From a virus (lineage: Duplodnaviria > Caudoviricetes), in IMG/VR virus record IMGVR_UViG_3300033076_000897, positions 1 to 64,000 of that record: a DNA stretch of 64,000 nt; one strand, written 5' to 3'. The position numbers were made by a program, and so were the translations under genes. This document shows positions 53,574 through 62,651 of the stretch, one piece after another. The notes beneath the pieces are model-generated. The model worked only from the letters and a program-made list of their open reading frames with translations, made no database searches and was not told where the DNA came from. Position 1 is the first letter of the stretch; every line of letters begins with the position of its first letter.

Positions 53574-56500
53574 TTATTCTGAAGCTACGGCCGTGTTATA
53601 GCTATTATTGTTGAAGATGAAAGTAGCGTTGCTTGTTGCAGTAGACTGAATGCTCTTACCTTCCGCTTTGTACTTGGCAAATACTTCTAGATCAAACGAG
53701 AACTGCTCATCATCTGCATCAAAAATATCTATACCAATTTTCTTAGCGTAAGTCAAGTTTACTAGTGTTGAAGAAACAATACCACCGACTCTGCCGTTTC
53801 CTGTAGAACCAGTACCGTAATAGTCACTCATTCTATATTGGAAAGTGATGTCAATAGCAACTGCATTTGTTTTATCAGTTGATGAACCACTGATTCTCTT
53901 TCTACCAAACTTATTGTCTCCGTCAACCAATAAACTGTCTTTATTGATAGGATTCATAAATAAGTAAGATCCACATGATTTTCCACCCAATAGGAATTGA
54001 TCGTTTGGTCCAAAACTAGTTTTAACAGTTCTTGATTGTGCGCTTAACCATAAGAATGGCGTTTGCTTTTTACCGTTTGCTTCGTCAGCTTTAAGAGTAG
54101 CAGTTTTGGTCATCGTAGATACATTAGCAACAGAAGAAAAAGTTAAAGCTGTGTTTCCAACCCCATCTTTTACAACTGGATGATCAATGTGCGCATAGAT
54201 TCCACCATCATATTGCGCATTAGTTACTGAAGATGAACCCTGAGTAGAAGTTTGTATGGTTCTAGGTGCAGATGCTCCTGACCATGCTCCAGCCCAAATA
54301 AAATCAGTACCGACGTTTTGTGGAGTGGCGTTAGAAAGTTGATATTCGGCTGTAGCTAATGTAGAAATAGCTGCAGTTCCACCAACTTCTGTTTCTAAGT
54401 ATAGTGCATCTTCTGCTGAAATATCAAAATATCTACCGTATACATATTGTCCTCTCAATTGAGCCGATTGATACGGTGCAATTTGGAAATAACTAACTCC
54501 GTTGTTTGTAAGAGCCAACGTAGTAGCATCCAAGTTTTGATACTGCACAGGAACTCTGTCATATTTACCTTCTGTGGTATAATATGTGTCGTTAAGCACC
54601 TTTGAATCTATAGCAGTTGAACCAGGATTAGTACCAAAAGCACCTGCATTCGATGAATGCCAAACTGGTAGAGTTCTAGTTCCAGAGATTCTTGAAACCA
54701 ATTCAAGTGTAGTGGCTCTAGTGTTTTTAAGGATCAACTTAAAGTTCTTAGTTACAACAACACCCTTTTGAACCTGTAAACCTTTAATTTCGTCTACGTA
54801 ATATCCAGCGAAAATCTTGTTCACTGTGTTTCTTTGAATTCTTGTAACGTTACCTGTTTCGTCAACTAACTCAACGCTCAATTCACCCTTGATACCTGCA
54901 ATGGTCTCTTGTAGAGTTTGAATGTAGTTGGACATTTCTGACAATTTGTCAAACAAAGTCACTGGTTTTTGTTCAGGTGTTAAGAAACCTGATGCAATGC
55001 TTGTAGCGCTGTGTGCAAAGAATTTCTCGTTAGCTGTAAAGCTATCTTCAACGTGTTTGTAAACACCTTTAGCTTCTAGTTCACTTGAAATTTCAACACG
55101 CGCAATTTCTTTGTCGTTCATTTCGACAATACTGATCGCATCTAGTGTGTCTACTTGACCCTCTGGGAAAGTAACTGTGATTGTTTCAGACCAATCTGAT
55201 TCTGCTGGGTTAGAAGGCCAACCAGCTTCAGATTGAGATTTAATTCTAATTTGTACAACTTCTCCAGGTTGGATAGCGATGTCAAGTGAGTTGAAGTTTA
55301 CTGAATCAGCATTCTCTTCAGAATCATAAACCCAATAGTATTTTCCATCAACACCTTTGCTTCTTTTTCTAACAGGACCCAATACTTCGTTCCAGTTAGA
55401 AAACGCTGCAGTCTTTTTATTTGCACCGTCTTGAAATTCGATTTGATTCACGTTAGATGCTTTGCCACTTGTAGACAAGTATCTGTACTGAACTATAAAT
55501 CTAACAATTTCTTGAGCTTTAACACCAGGAACAGACATTGCTTCTGGAATAGACCAGAAACCTCTAACTCTGTATTTTGGTGCAATCTGTTTAATCTTAG
55601 CATCTGAAGCTGCAGTTGCAATTTGAGTAACGATAGACGAATACATTTTCGTTTCGCTGGCTCTTTGCGAAGTCAAACTTGAAATCTCATTGATGAACTT
55701 TGATTTTTCAACGTCAGATTTGAACTTGGTAGTAGCCAATGTAGCTTGTTTAGCTGCGATGTTCTCATCTAATTTTTTAAGCTTGTCAACTACGTTATTT
55801 TTGTCGGCTGAAAGTTGCTTAACCGAATTGAATGTATCGTTGTCAGTTAAATGTGTGTTAATCTGAACAACTTTAAAGTTGCTACTGATCAAGTCTGGTG
55901 CAGAAGGGCTAAGCGCTTCAGTTGAAGCTGGAATTCTATCGCTTTGTAAAGCTTTGATAAATTGACCAAAGTCGGCAACCTCAGCCTGATAGAAATCAGC
56001 CAAAGTCATAATAGTACCGTCTTCTGCTGTCATTTTCAATTCGTTAGAATAAAAAGCAACACCAGGTGACCAGTTTTCTGCAACGATGTTTGAATCTGGA
56101 TCGATAGGCTTTAAGAACACTACCAATCTTTGATCAAACCCAACGTTAACGTCAATGTTTAATGGAGTACTAACTGCTTTGTGAATCTTTAGTTCGTTAG
56201 GACCAATTTTGATACCTTCGTAACCTTCTACTAACTGAAGCTCAACTTGTGAGGTTCCAGCATTGATAGAAACGATAGAGTATTTGGTTGAATCCTGACC
56301 ACTGTTGACAATTAGTTCATCACCAATTTTTAGGGTTTCAGTTTCTTTTAAAGTCTTTGCAGAATCTGAATAAGTAAGTTTATCAAGAGAGTAAAGTTTT
56401 ACTGTCTGTGTAGTGGTTGTACCGTTAACCTGAACGTTTTTTTGAACAATATCAGTTTTGATCACTGAGAAAGTTCCGTAATACGAAAGGTCTCTATATG

Positions 56501-57101
56501 GCATTTGAACGATTTCTTCGTCCAACTCGTAAGGTACGTTGCTGTTTGTTAGATCAGCTAAGAAAGTTCCGTGATCAATGTTCTCTACGTCCTTATATTT
56601 GTTAAAGAACTCTAATCCAGGCTCACTGGATGCGATCAAATATTTTCTACTTAAGATTCTTTCAGTTTCTTCTGTAACCTGTCCAGAAACGTTAAATTTA
56701 ATCTTTAATAGCGGAGAAAGAAAGCTTTCGAAAAACAAATTACTTTGAGTTTCGAACTGAGTTGGTAAGTTTAGGTTGGTCAATGGCTGCGCAGCAGTCT
56801 TGATTTTACCCTTCACCAATTTTCTAAAAGTACCATCAGCTAATCTCAGACTAGCTGTACCTTGATCCATAGAACTTAACGCCTTGAAGTTGGCATCAAG
56901 TCTCTCTAATTCTCTTTTGATGTAACCAAACGAAGGTATGGATACAGTCGTGATTGCATTGTTTTCTTTGAGCAGATCAATGTCAACTGTCTGTTTATCG
57001 GTCGTGATAGCCTCGTTAATACGTTCGAATGTTTCGATCGCATTTTGGTTCATTTGTAAAAACTGTTGAACCAGTCCACTAAGAGAATTTTTAACGTTCA
57101 T
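53574..57101 (-). CDS. Large putative structural protein (1175 aa) with coiled coils and an FN3-like segment
   Basis: VRGFWSIP...FIVQYR...QIRIKSQSEAGWP..ESDWSE pattern. Confidence 0.6.
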   Translation of the reverse strand: MNVKNSLSGLVQQFLQMNQNAIETFERINEAITTDKQTVDIDLLKENNAITTVSIPSFGYIKRELERLDANFKALSSMDQGTASLRLADGTFRKLVKGKIKTAAQPLTNLNLPTQFETQSNLFFESFLSPLLKIKFNVSGQVTEETERILSRKYLIASSEPGLEFFNKYKDVENIDHGTFLADLTNSNVPYELDEEIVQMPYRDLSYYGTFSVIKTDIVQKNVQVNGTTTTQTVKLYSLDKLTYSDSAKTLKETETLKIGDELIVNSGQDSTKYSIVSINAGTSQVELQLVEGYEGIKIGPNELKIHKAVSTPLNIDVNVGFDQRLVVFLKPIDPDSNIVAENWSPGVAFYSNELKMTAEDGTIMTLADFYQAEVADFGQFIKALQSDRIPASTEALSPSAPDLISSNFKVVQINTHLTDNDTFNSVKQLSADKNNVVDKLKKLDENIAAKQATLATTKFKSDVEKSKFINEISSLTSQRASETKMYSSIVTQIATAASDAKIKQIAPKYRVRGFWSIPEAMSVPGVKAQEIVRFIVQYRYLSTSGKASNVNQIEFQDGANKKTAAFSNWNEVLGPVRKRSKGVDGKYYWVYDSEENADSVNFNSLDIAIQPGEVVQIRIKSQSEAGWPSNPAESDWSETITVTFPEGQVDTLDAISIVEMNDKEIARVEISSELEAKGVYKHVEDSFTANEKFFAHSATSIASGFLTPEQKPVTLFDKLSEMSNYIQTLQETIAGIKGELSVELVDETGNVTRIQRNTVNKIFAGYYVDEIKGLQVQKGVVVTKNFKLILKNTRATTLELVSRISGTRTLPVWHSSNAGAFGTNPGSTAIDSKVLNDTYYTTEGKYDRVPVQYQNLDATTLALTNNGVSYFQIAPYQSAQLRGQYVYGRYFDISAEDALYLETEVGGTAAISTLATAEYQLSNATPQNVGTDFIWAGAWSGASAPRTIQTSTQGSSSVTNAQYDGGIYAHIDHPVVKDGVGNTALTFSSVANVSTMTKTATLKADEANGKKQTPFLWLSAQSRTVKTSFGPNDQFLLGGKSCGSYLFMNPINKDSLLVDGDNKFGRKRISGSSTDKTNAVAIDITFQYRMSDYYGTGSTGNGRVGGIVSSTLVNLTYAKKIGIDIFDADDEQFSFDLEVFAKYKAEGKSIQSTATSNATFIFNNNSYNTAVASE

Positions 57102-57102
57102 T

Positions 57103-59007
57103 TTATCTTAAGATGTCGTATTTGAATTTCTGATTAATACTGTTTGATGCTGCATCTACACAAACCAATTCGATGTATGGCTTGCTTGAAAGCAATGAAG
57201 CTGCTGGAATAACTAAGTTTGCGTTCATGTTCAAATCCAAAACCAAGGAATTCGCGTTTAGGTTGATGTTGTTGTTGAACACAATCTTCATAGTTTGTCC
57301 TTTCTTCCATCTGACAGCACTATCGTCAATGTATATATAAACCTCATTCACAGCAGGGTTATTGTTAACAGAGACCCTTAACATGTTCTCGAAGTTTTCC
57401 AATTTAGCCCAAATTCCAGTGCTTGTTGCGGTGTTTGGATCGTATGGATTGGTATCCTCAATTTTGGTAGTTCTTGTACCAGTAGCTTTATCGTATCTGT
57501 ATGGTTGCAAGATAGCGTAACCATCCACATTGTTGTTAACGAAAATTTTATCGTTAGCTCTTTCGATTAAAATACCTCTACCGTTCTTAACAACGTCTGT
57601 GTTGTACTGAACTTCTGTAGGAATAGTACCATCGATCATTTGGTTGATTCTCTGGTTGGTTTGAGCGATCAAATCTAATAAAGAAGAAGTGCTACTAAAA
57701 TTGGCTTGAGCAGCCTCGAAACTGGTTCTTAAATCTTGAACCTCAGTTACAAGAGAAGAAGTTTGTTCAGAGCTTAATACGTAAGACTCCAAAGCTTCGA
57801 TTTTTACAAGAGCTTCGTTTAGTTTTTCGTTGGCAGACAATAAAGTCTTGGTAGCGTTGTCTAGTGAAGAAACGCTGTCCAAGAAAATGTCCATTGAGAA
57901 CGTAGTAAAGTCGTTAACTGTAACATCAGAACCAACGTTATCCAACGAAGAGTTGAATCTCATGTTGAGTTTGTAAGAATAAGCGTTACCGTTAAGACCA
58001 GTTACTGTGTTTGGTTTGTACTTCGTTTGAGAAGGTATAGCGTTGTTTGTAAAGCTATCCAAGATGATGATACCGTAAAGGTTGGTGGCACGATTGCTTG
58101 GTGTAGATTGACTGTATAGATCGTAGTAAACTAAAATGGCATTGAAACTAAAATCTGTACCTCTCTTATTGAAGTCCGAAATGCTGTTTAATGTTGCATC
58201 GTTGACGATACTAGCATAAGATTGACTTGTCCAGTCCAGACCATAAATTGGACTAGTATTTGGATCGATGATGTAATCTCCGTTAGAATCACACAATGTA
58301 AACATGTTGATTAATGGATCTGGGTGAGTTGAATTACCTCTACCCAAAATAATGGTTTCCGTAGAAACGTCGTAAACTGTCGCTGTAGTATTGTAGCTTA
58401 AATCACCAGCACCTTTAAAAAGAACCGTTGGTGTAGAACCGTGCGAGGTAGGAACGTTGATGTAAATCTCTTGGTAAGCGTTACCTTTGTACATTACGTC
58501 GTTAGTCGCATCGATAGAACCCATGTACTTAACCACTCTGTCGTAAGAAGATCCTGCGCTGATAGTATCAAACTCTTCGGTGAATCTAGTCAATCCAATG
58601 GCAGCTTCACTGTTGTCAGCTGGCTTAAATCTGATTGCATCGATAGAATCTAACCATTTAAAGAAGATCTTTTCTGCGTCTGTTTCAAACAACATAGGAT
58701 CGAAATCATCGTCCTGTAAAATGTGTTGTTCTAAGTTAAGTGCGTAGTTTTGAAAAGTAGTAGGAAAGTCAATGTTAGGATCAGAAGTAACGTAGTTAGG
58801 TCCACTGATCTGTTCGAGTAAACCAAAATTCAGAGAGTTAAAACCATTAACCGAAACGGTTTCAGGCAGGTTTAAAAGAGCGAACTTACTAAATTCGAAC
58901 TTTAGATCTGGGTTGTTGTAACTTCTAGTTAGATCCTTTGCAGCAGATGCAAAAGCATATACCGTTGAACCTTGGGTTTGCGGTCTTCTGATTAATGGTG
59001 TTGACAT
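57103..59007 (-). CDS. Putative structural protein with central coiled coil
   Basis: 634-aa ORF in the baseplate cluster. Confidence 0.55.
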   Translation of the reverse strand: MSTPLIRRPQTQGSTVYAFASAAKDLTRSYNNPDLKFEFSKFALLNLPETVSVNGFNSLNFGLLEQISGPNYVTSDPNIDFPTTFQNYALNLEQHILQDDDFDPMLFETDAEKIFFKWLDSIDAIRFKPADNSEAAIGLTRFTEEFDTISAGSSYDRVVKYMGSIDATNDVMYKGNAYQEIYINVPTSHGSTPTVLFKGAGDLSYNTTATVYDVSTETIILGRGNSTHPDPLINMFTLCDSNGDYIIDPNTSPIYGLDWTSQSYASIVNDATLNSISDFNKRGTDFSFNAILVYYDLYSQSTPSNRATNLYGIIILDSFTNNAIPSQTKYKPNTVTGLNGNAYSYKLNMRFNSSLDNVGSDVTVNDFTTFSMDIFLDSVSSLDNATKTLLSANEKLNEALVKIEALESYVLSSEQTSSLVTEVQDLRTSFEAAQANFSSTSSLLDLIAQTNQRINQMIDGTIPTEVQYNTDVVKNGRGILIERANDKIFVNNNVDGYAILQPYRYDKATGTRTTKIEDTNPYDPNTATSTGIWAKLENFENMLRVSVNNNPAVNEVYIYIDDSAVRWKKGQTMKIVFNNNINLNANSLVLDLNMNANLVIPAASLLSSKPYIELVCVDAASNSINQKFKYDILR

Positions 59008-59025
59008 TTCTTACTCTATAATTTA

Positions 59026-59589
59026 TTAAGCGATAGTTGTATTGTGCGATGAAATTACGATCCACTTAGATAAACCTGAAGACCATCTAAGAGATGCTGT
59101 TGAACCGTTAGCTGCGAAGTCAACAGTTGCAGGAGCACCTAAAATTGCAGTTGCGCTGTTTGTAACTGCAGCTGCTAATGCACCGCTAGCTACTAAAGTA
59201 ATTTCATGACCGTCTGCTGCACCGTTAGGTAAGTTAAACGGAGAAATAGACGCGTCCAAAATAACTGTCGAGTGTACAGAAGTTAATGCCGCTGGAAAGT
59301 TAGTTACGCTCACGAATGCCGATCTGTAGAATGCTGCTGAAGCTTCTAAGCTTGATGTGAATTCAGTTGCTACTGAAAATGTGTTTCCACCAGCAGAAAG
59401 GTCAGCCACGTTTGGTACAGTCAATTGATCTGTTTCTACCAAAGTCATTGAACTCAAAGTCAAGTTTGTTGTGTCCAAATAGGTAGAAATGTCGATCAAT
59501 TCAGCGTTGATAGCGCTAAAGTTGTCGTTGATAACCGTTCTTGAAGCAGAAATGCTATCTGTACCTAAAATTTGTTGAATGTTTGCCAT
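59026..59589 (-). CDS. Short fibre/baseplate-attached protein
   Basis: N-terminal IQQILGTDSISASRTVINDNF; Ala/Ser/Thr-rich. Confidence 0.55.
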   Translation of the reverse strand: MANIQQILGTDSISASRTVINDNFSAINAELIDISTYLDTTNLTLSSMTLVETDQLTVPNVADLSAGGNTFSVATEFTSSLEASAAFYRSAFVSVTNFPAALTSVHSTVILDASISPFNLPNGAADGHEITLVASGALAAAVTNSATAILGAPATVDFAANGSTASLRWSSGLSKWIVISSHNTTIA

Positions 59590-59599
59590 TTTAGTTTTT

Positions 59600-62380
59600 T
59601 TATTTTACTGTAATTATGTTTTTGGTGATACTATTCTTGTTACCGTTACTGTCTTCTAGCTCTAAACTAAGACTATATGACCCCGCTTCTTTAAACAGGT
59701 AGGTAAACCACATATTATCATAGTATATATCAGGCGAATTTTTCGTCAGATTTTTTAAAGTCCATTTTGGCTTGGTTTTTCCAGGCATCATTGTTTTATC
59801 CAGAGAAAAAGTTACATGTGTAAGCTTACTTACAGTAGCGTGACTTTCAAAGAAGATGGTATCGTTCCATGTTGGGTTTCTAGAAACATAGTGTTGTCCG
59901 TGGTGTACACTACCGTTGGTTAGTATAACTTCCTCGAAATCATAATGAGCACTGTATTCTTTACCAACTGCTAAAATATACAAGAAAGTATCGTTTACGC
60001 CATCGTTATCTGTATCTAAAAATACTGGATTGTAATTAAATTTAGAAACTAATATATCTAAAGATGTATTTAATTCATCACAAACTGCTTGCCAACCTGC
60101 AACATCATTTATTCCAGTTGGTGTAGAAGATCCTATAACATGAGATCCTGGTAGAATCAAATTTGATTCTGGAATCTTATGGTATATTGTTAAAATACTA
60201 CCATTAGCAATATCACTAATTTTAAACGAAGAAGATTGATCAGGACCTATTTCTGTAGATTCCCACCATAAGTTTTTTGTATCATTCCATACGCAATCAC
60301 TCATGTTGTCCCAAAAATAAGGACCCGAAGTTTCTGACCAACTGGTTTCAGACTCATTGTCTAAATATCTGATGATAGTAGACATATCAGGATTTGGATT
60401 GTTGTAAGAATAGTTTGATCTATCAAGAGTCAAATATGCTGTCGCCGGAACATCTTGAATTCTAGTTGTATTATTGACTGGTAAATTCCAAGAAGAACTA
60501 GCCTCTCTCCAATCGTAATCAGTGTCATTCCATGTATAGTTTTCCTCTCTAAACTTATACATACCATAGATACACACATTTTTACTTTCAACGTTTATTC
60601 TATCGTAATCTACAATCTGAGAAACATAATTATGAAGATCATAAATTCTCATTTGAACCTCGTAAGAACCTGTATACGGTAACACTAATGGAATTTGAGA
60701 ATATCTTGGTATCCATAAAGCCTGTAAACTACTAGGCGTGGAAGATGCAATTTCTGACCAATAACCCAAAGATCCTCTGATTAAAAGATCAAAACCGTTA
60801 GGACCCTTAATTTGCCACTCTATTTCGTGAGCATTTTTGATCCAAAAGTCGTTCCATGTGTTAAAAATATCAACATTGAAATCGTTCCATGTTAGATCAC
60901 CCAAAGAGTCCCATGAATCTTCAAAAGCTTCACATTTTAAAATTAGCGGTGCACCTGCAATCGGACCATCATTATCAAATGGCGTCAATTCTTTGTCCTC
61001 TAAGTTTAAATTATAATAGTCAGTATAAAAATCAACAATGTGCGACATCACATCATTTTGGTCGTATAGTTGATTATTTACAATCAATGAATTATCAATA
61101 AAATTAATGAAATCATTGTAAGAATTAACAAAGATAGGGCTAATTTTTTCTAAATTCTCAATATAAAGAGTTTTATCAGGATATACAGAGTATTTGGCAT
61201 CCACCCCGAAGTCACCGAAGATCACCGGGTTCATGTTAGAAGTTACGTTAATGTTCTTAATGCCAAAAATATCGGCTTCACCAGTGATGTCTATGATCTT
61301 GGCATAAAGAGGCAAGTAATCTCTTTGAAGCTTATTCTTGAGGGCGTAAAGTTTAACCAAAACTTCTTCTGGTGTAAAGTCAAAAACTTCTTCCACTTGC
61401 GGAAGATCCCACTCGTCGTATTCTCCAGTAGGTCTATTAATTCTGTATGTTAAGGAAAACCTTGAAGTCTTTTTTGCTGTACCTGTCGGTTTGTTAATGC
61501 TATTGTCACTGTTATAAGAATGAGTAGGAGAATCAACATCGGTCACAGGAACAGCCTTTAATTTACCAAAATTCTGCGAGTTTTTATTGATGTCCAGCCA
61601 GTATTCCTTTAGAGTCAAAGAATTGTAGCCATAGAATTTAATGGCATTCAATAAAGCTTTGTAAGTACCAATATACGGCTTAATGTTGTGACCTTCTAAT
61701 AGCATCTCCTTTCTCTTGGCATTCAATAAGATCCAATCTGTTGCTTGTTCTTTTACGTCATGTTCTTTGAAAACAAACATGTCGCTTTCATCAACAGACA
61801 TGCCTAGATTGTCCAATAAAATACCCAATCTGTCATCCTCTCCAACGGTTTCACCGTATAGTTTGATGTATGCTATTCTACCTGCACTTGAAGAAATTTC
61901 AAGCCATCTCAAGTGAGACTTGTCTTCTTCGCTATGAAGTCCAAGATTAAAAACCAAGGCCTCTTCATTGATATTAATATTGTTTAAAATTGTTTTAAAC
62001 GCTGGATTGGAGTGATCTGCGATAGTTGAGTTATCCAATTCCAACTCCTTTGAAGTGATTTTTGAAACTTCTAGATCGCCGTTAGATAAAACAGTTTCAA
62101 AGAGAAATATCCCGTCGCTAGTGTATTTGTTAGTCACTAGTTTGCCAGTAAGTTTGATCCCTTCTCCAGAGTTGGCAATGGGTTTAACGTATCTGATATT
62201 GCCATCGGTATCTTGAATTTCTTCAAGGATAGCCAAAGCCACGGTTTCAAATAGACCAGTCGAAACTTCGTTGAAGTGGATGCTTCCAGTCCAAACATGA
62301 TTAATTGAATCGTATTCAAAGTTTAGAATACCATTTGTTCCATTAAAGAACCTGTAGCGTGAGTGGTCTTGTAGAATCAT
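59600..62380 (-). CDS. Baseplate wedge-like protein (gp7-like) with PKD/Ig-like domains
   Basis: IGTYKALLNAIKFYG motif; G.Y.V/L.L...D..GN Ig-like ends; Trp-Asp-rich repeats; two genes downstream of gp6. Confidence 0.55.
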   Translation of the reverse strand: MILQDHSRYRFFNGTNGILNFEYDSINHVWTGSIHFNEVSTGLFETVALAILEEIQDTDGNIRYVKPIANSGEGIKLTGKLVTNKYTSDGIFLFETVLSNGDLEVSKITSKELELDNSTIADHSNPAFKTILNNININEEALVFNLGLHSEEDKSHLRWLEISSSAGRIAYIKLYGETVGEDDRLGILLDNLGMSVDESDMFVFKEHDVKEQATDWILLNAKRKEMLLEGHNIKPYIGTYKALLNAIKFYGYNSLTLKEYWLDINKNSQNFGKLKAVPVTDVDSPTHSYNSDNSINKPTGTAKKTSRFSLTYRINRPTGEYDEWDLPQVEEVFDFTPEEVLVKLYALKNKLQRDYLPLYAKIIDITGEADIFGIKNINVTSNMNPVIFGDFGVDAKYSVYPDKTLYIENLEKISPIFVNSYNDFINFIDNSLIVNNQLYDQNDVMSHIVDFYTDYYNLNLEDKELTPFDNDGPIAGAPLILKCEAFEDSWDSLGDLTWNDFNVDIFNTWNDFWIKNAHEIEWQIKGPNGFDLLIRGSLGYWSEIASSTPSSLQALWIPRYSQIPLVLPYTGSYEVQMRIYDLHNYVSQIVDYDRINVESKNVCIYGMYKFREENYTWNDTDYDWREASSSWNLPVNNTTRIQDVPATAYLTLDRSNYSYNNPNPDMSTIIRYLDNESETSWSETSGPYFWDNMSDCVWNDTKNLWWESTEIGPDQSSSFKISDIANGSILTIYHKIPESNLILPGSHVIGSSTPTGINDVAGWQAVCDELNTSLDILVSKFNYNPVFLDTDNDGVNDTFLYILAVGKEYSAHYDFEEVILTNGSVHHGQHYVSRNPTWNDTIFFESHATVSKLTHVTFSLDKTMMPGKTKPKWTLKNLTKNSPDIYYDNMWFTYLFKEAGSYSLSLELEDSNGNKNSITKNIITVK
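59724..59731 (-). promoter_or_regulatory. Putative internal late promoter GATATATA
   Basis: Exact motif ~135 nt upstream of ATG 59589, inside the upstream CDS. Confidence 0.45.
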
Positions 62381-62649
62381 TATTCTATATCGTAATCTTT
62401 ATCAACTGTGAAGTTCTTAAAAAGCTTAAGTTTTCTCACAGATTGAATTTTGTTATAAACGTAATCGTTGATGAAGTCTAAAAAGTCTCTCATCACCGGG
62501 TTTCTATATAAGTGTGGAGAAACTGTTTTTCTCATCACTTGATTGCTATAATCGTATCCCAAATTCTTACGTTTGTCTTTAGATCTTTTAGCAATCGTAT
62601 ACAATTTTTTAAGCTTGTAACCGTATAAACCGTCGTACAAAGATGCCAT
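62380..62649 (-). CDS. Small basic baseplate-region protein
   Basis: 89-aa ORF packed between gp6 and the gp7-like gene. Confidence 0.55.
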   Translation of the reverse strand: MASLYDGLYGYKLKKLYTIAKRSKDKRKNLGYDYSNQVMRKTVSPHLYRNPVMRDFLDFINDYVYNKIQSVRKLKLFKNFTVDKDYDIE

Positions 62650-62651
62650 AA

